Positions 61,901 to 64,000 of a DNA stretch of 64,000 nucleotides are shown here, in pieces. The notes under the pieces are model-generated. The model saw nothing but the letters and a program-made list of their open reading frames with translations. It was not told the DNA's origin and did not search any database. The position numbers and the translations under genes are program-made. The DNA lies in NCBI GenBank assembly GCA_965645245.1, contig OZ287080.1, forward strand, positions 992,001-1,056,000, in the 5' to 3' direction. Numbering within the stretch: position 1 is the first letter of the stretch; every line of letters starts with the position of its first letter. The stretch comes from Massalongia carnosa. Lineage: Eukaryota.

Positions 61901-64000
61901 CAACTCGGCAATCGATGCATTGTCCACTAGAATGAGGAAGAGCAAGATTGAAGTGGTCTCTTGCTCGAACGTGACGGGTCTTATCGATTGTCACGCCACT
62001 CAACGGGGCCAGCGTACGCGGATCTCGAGTTCTGGTCGGATCGATATTAGCTGCTGCTTCATCTTCTAACCTTGCGCGCTCTTCGTTGGAGCGATTCCGA
62101 GCATCAATGATAAGATTTTGGTATTTGTTTGCCAGCGTCTCCGCCTCCGACGACGGAGAAATAAAATTGATACCCTTTAAGGTTTTCGAGAGATATTTTA
62201 ACCTAATTAAAGGTCTTTTGAGCAGAAAAGCGACATCGACTCTTTCCCCGTCTCCATCAACGACATCGCCATCCTTGTTCCTTGGAAGCCCCTCATCAAG
62301 ATCAGAGCCTTGAAGTCTCAATTTCGGCGAGGTTTCTTCTGCGGCCGGAGCAAGGTTGACTACAACATCTTGGAAGCCCATCCGCCAGGCCTTAAGATAT
62401 TCCGCATACACTCGCTGTGCCCCTTGAGCCCAGGTCAACAAGGCATTGGTATCTTGTAGAGGGATACGCTTATGTAAAGTCTTCAGTCTTTCCAACGCAA
62501 TCCCCATATCCACAATCGGCTTTGTGAAGTTCGGATCATTGGTAGCAGTAGTTGAAGGGCGAAAAAGGCCCGCAGCCACGGCGGAGTCTGACTTGGACAA
62601 CACACAAGTGAGAAGCACCGGAATAACCCCATCGACCAACGTACGAAGCTCTCGCATGTACTTACTTTCATCGGTTGCTAACTCTTTCAACAAATCCCCA
62701 ATAGTAGCAGTAGCAAGTCGACTACGGTTTGTACGGATACTTCGCGCTGATTTAATGCTCTTGCTACCCGCACGTGGTAAAGAAAGTACGGAGATTAGAT
62801 CGGCGTGCTTTGTCAGGCGGCTCTTGGTCCGTTCTAGTGAGTTAGGATCGAAATGATCTCTAGCTTCTCTTTCACCCGCGTCCGCATCGGCCGGCGAAGG
62901 TTGCAATGTGACTTCTGATATTTCGGAGAGTGAAGGCGGAGGAAGGTTCTGTACCTGGGTGTTGAACGTCTCAACAGAGGCTATCGTTGACAGACGATGC
63001 TGACCAGTAGATGGAAATGGACGTCTAAGGTTCAGTCCAGGAGGGCGAAGGGGGAATTTGGGATCTGGGGGTTCAACAGAAGAGGTAGTGAAGAGAGATG
63101 ATACTGTTGAGGATTCATCATTCTCAGCAATCCGCTCGTTGCGGAAGAGCGTTTTTCGTCGGTCTCGTACAGGAGACGAAGTATTCCGTTTCGCACCCCG
63201 TCTTTTAAGCGATGGGGGAGGAGTTTCGGGCGAAGCTTGCACAAGATCGACAAGCTTTGGGGCAGATTTTGTTCCGTTCGGTGACCTGCTCGTTGGAGAG
63301 CCAGTGTTCAAGTCTGCAGGAAAGGGATTATCCTCGTATATAGCAGAGCTCCTGACTCTCTTGCGCCTCCGGCTCCCGTCCAGCGCCACCCTTGTACCTT
63401 CCTTGGTATCCAAGGAGTCCCAGATGTTGTTCGGGTCTTCGCCACGGGTTTCCTCGGTGGTGTCTGACACCGGCCGATTGCTTCGCTCTAGAGTCGATAC
63501 GGTGTCCCCAGATGGCTCGATGTCGTCCAAAAATGGATCGGAAGTCTCTTCCAACCATGCCTCGACGCTCGGGACCCTAGGGGGTGCCTTGGGTATAGGT
63601 TGCACCTTGGAGAATAAATTTCTCGAGTCACCAAAAACCTGACTTAGGAGATTTCCTCTCTGGACTTTTGTGCTTCCCCTTCCTTCGGAAACCCCCTTCG
63701 AAGCCACTAAGAACTCATCACTCGGGGCTTTTGATTTATTGTAGCCGCTTTTCCTCCTTCTAACCTGCTCCTTGGCTGCGGAAGATCCTAACCTAGGAGA
63801 TTTTTCTGGGGTGGGGTGTTTTCTCTGATGAACGGAATCGGCAGCGGGGAAAGACGAGCTTCCCGAGCTTGCATCATCCACATTGTTGTGTTTCTCCCTC
63901 TGAGTTTCCCTCTGAGTTTCATTATCCTGCTGTAGAGAGGTCCGTTCGTTTTTCGATTCCTTTCGCGATGCAGGCGGGGTGCTGAAGACACGAATCCCGT
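58966..64000 (-). CDS. Large Ser/Pro-rich protein with DH-like and PH-like regions; 5' end outside window
   Basis: Frame open for >1600 aa to the window edge; DESKYMRELRTLVDGVIPVLL and LLKRPLIRLKYL. After an intron near 59140, the last exon reads MKSEAETAYTFSIVGKLRY. Confidence 0.75.

Noticed and set aside
1..64000. Starship captain, Fanzor/TnpB, tRNA or rRNA genes
   Set aside because: No tyrosine-recombinase or RuvC motifs and no cloverleaf or rRNA-like sequence recognised by eye; absence was not verified by search.

Overview
This is eukaryotic genomic DNA from a filamentous ascomycete (Pezizomycotina), judged from short GT-AG introns with CTRAC branch points. Conserved genes: APC4, importin-beta KAP95, ALO1, a DUF2235 hydrolase, con-6, a Tfc7-like histidine phosphatase, a Cas1p O-acetyltransferase, a LysM protein, RPS22 with an intronic snR44-like snoRNA, a Zn2Cys6 factor, PSD1 and a large DH/PH-like gene running off the right edge. 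Two transposon nests interrupt them. Nest 1 (0.25-9.7 kb) has a Tc1/mariner element with a full-length Tad-like LINE inside it, followed by a deleted TIR element with an 8-bp TSD and a DUF6589/Academ-like transposase fragment. Nest 2 (26.2-38.0 kb) has a 6.3-kb unit joining a DD34E transposase to a Helitron Rep/Hel gene, a second Helitron copy with a solo LTR, a Mutator-like end and two MITEs. The best novelty candidate is that 6.3-kb Tc1-Helitron unit: its Rep has lost the HUH core, and it is bounded by inverted repeats and a 10-bp direct repeat. All calls were made by eye; no searches or folding were run.
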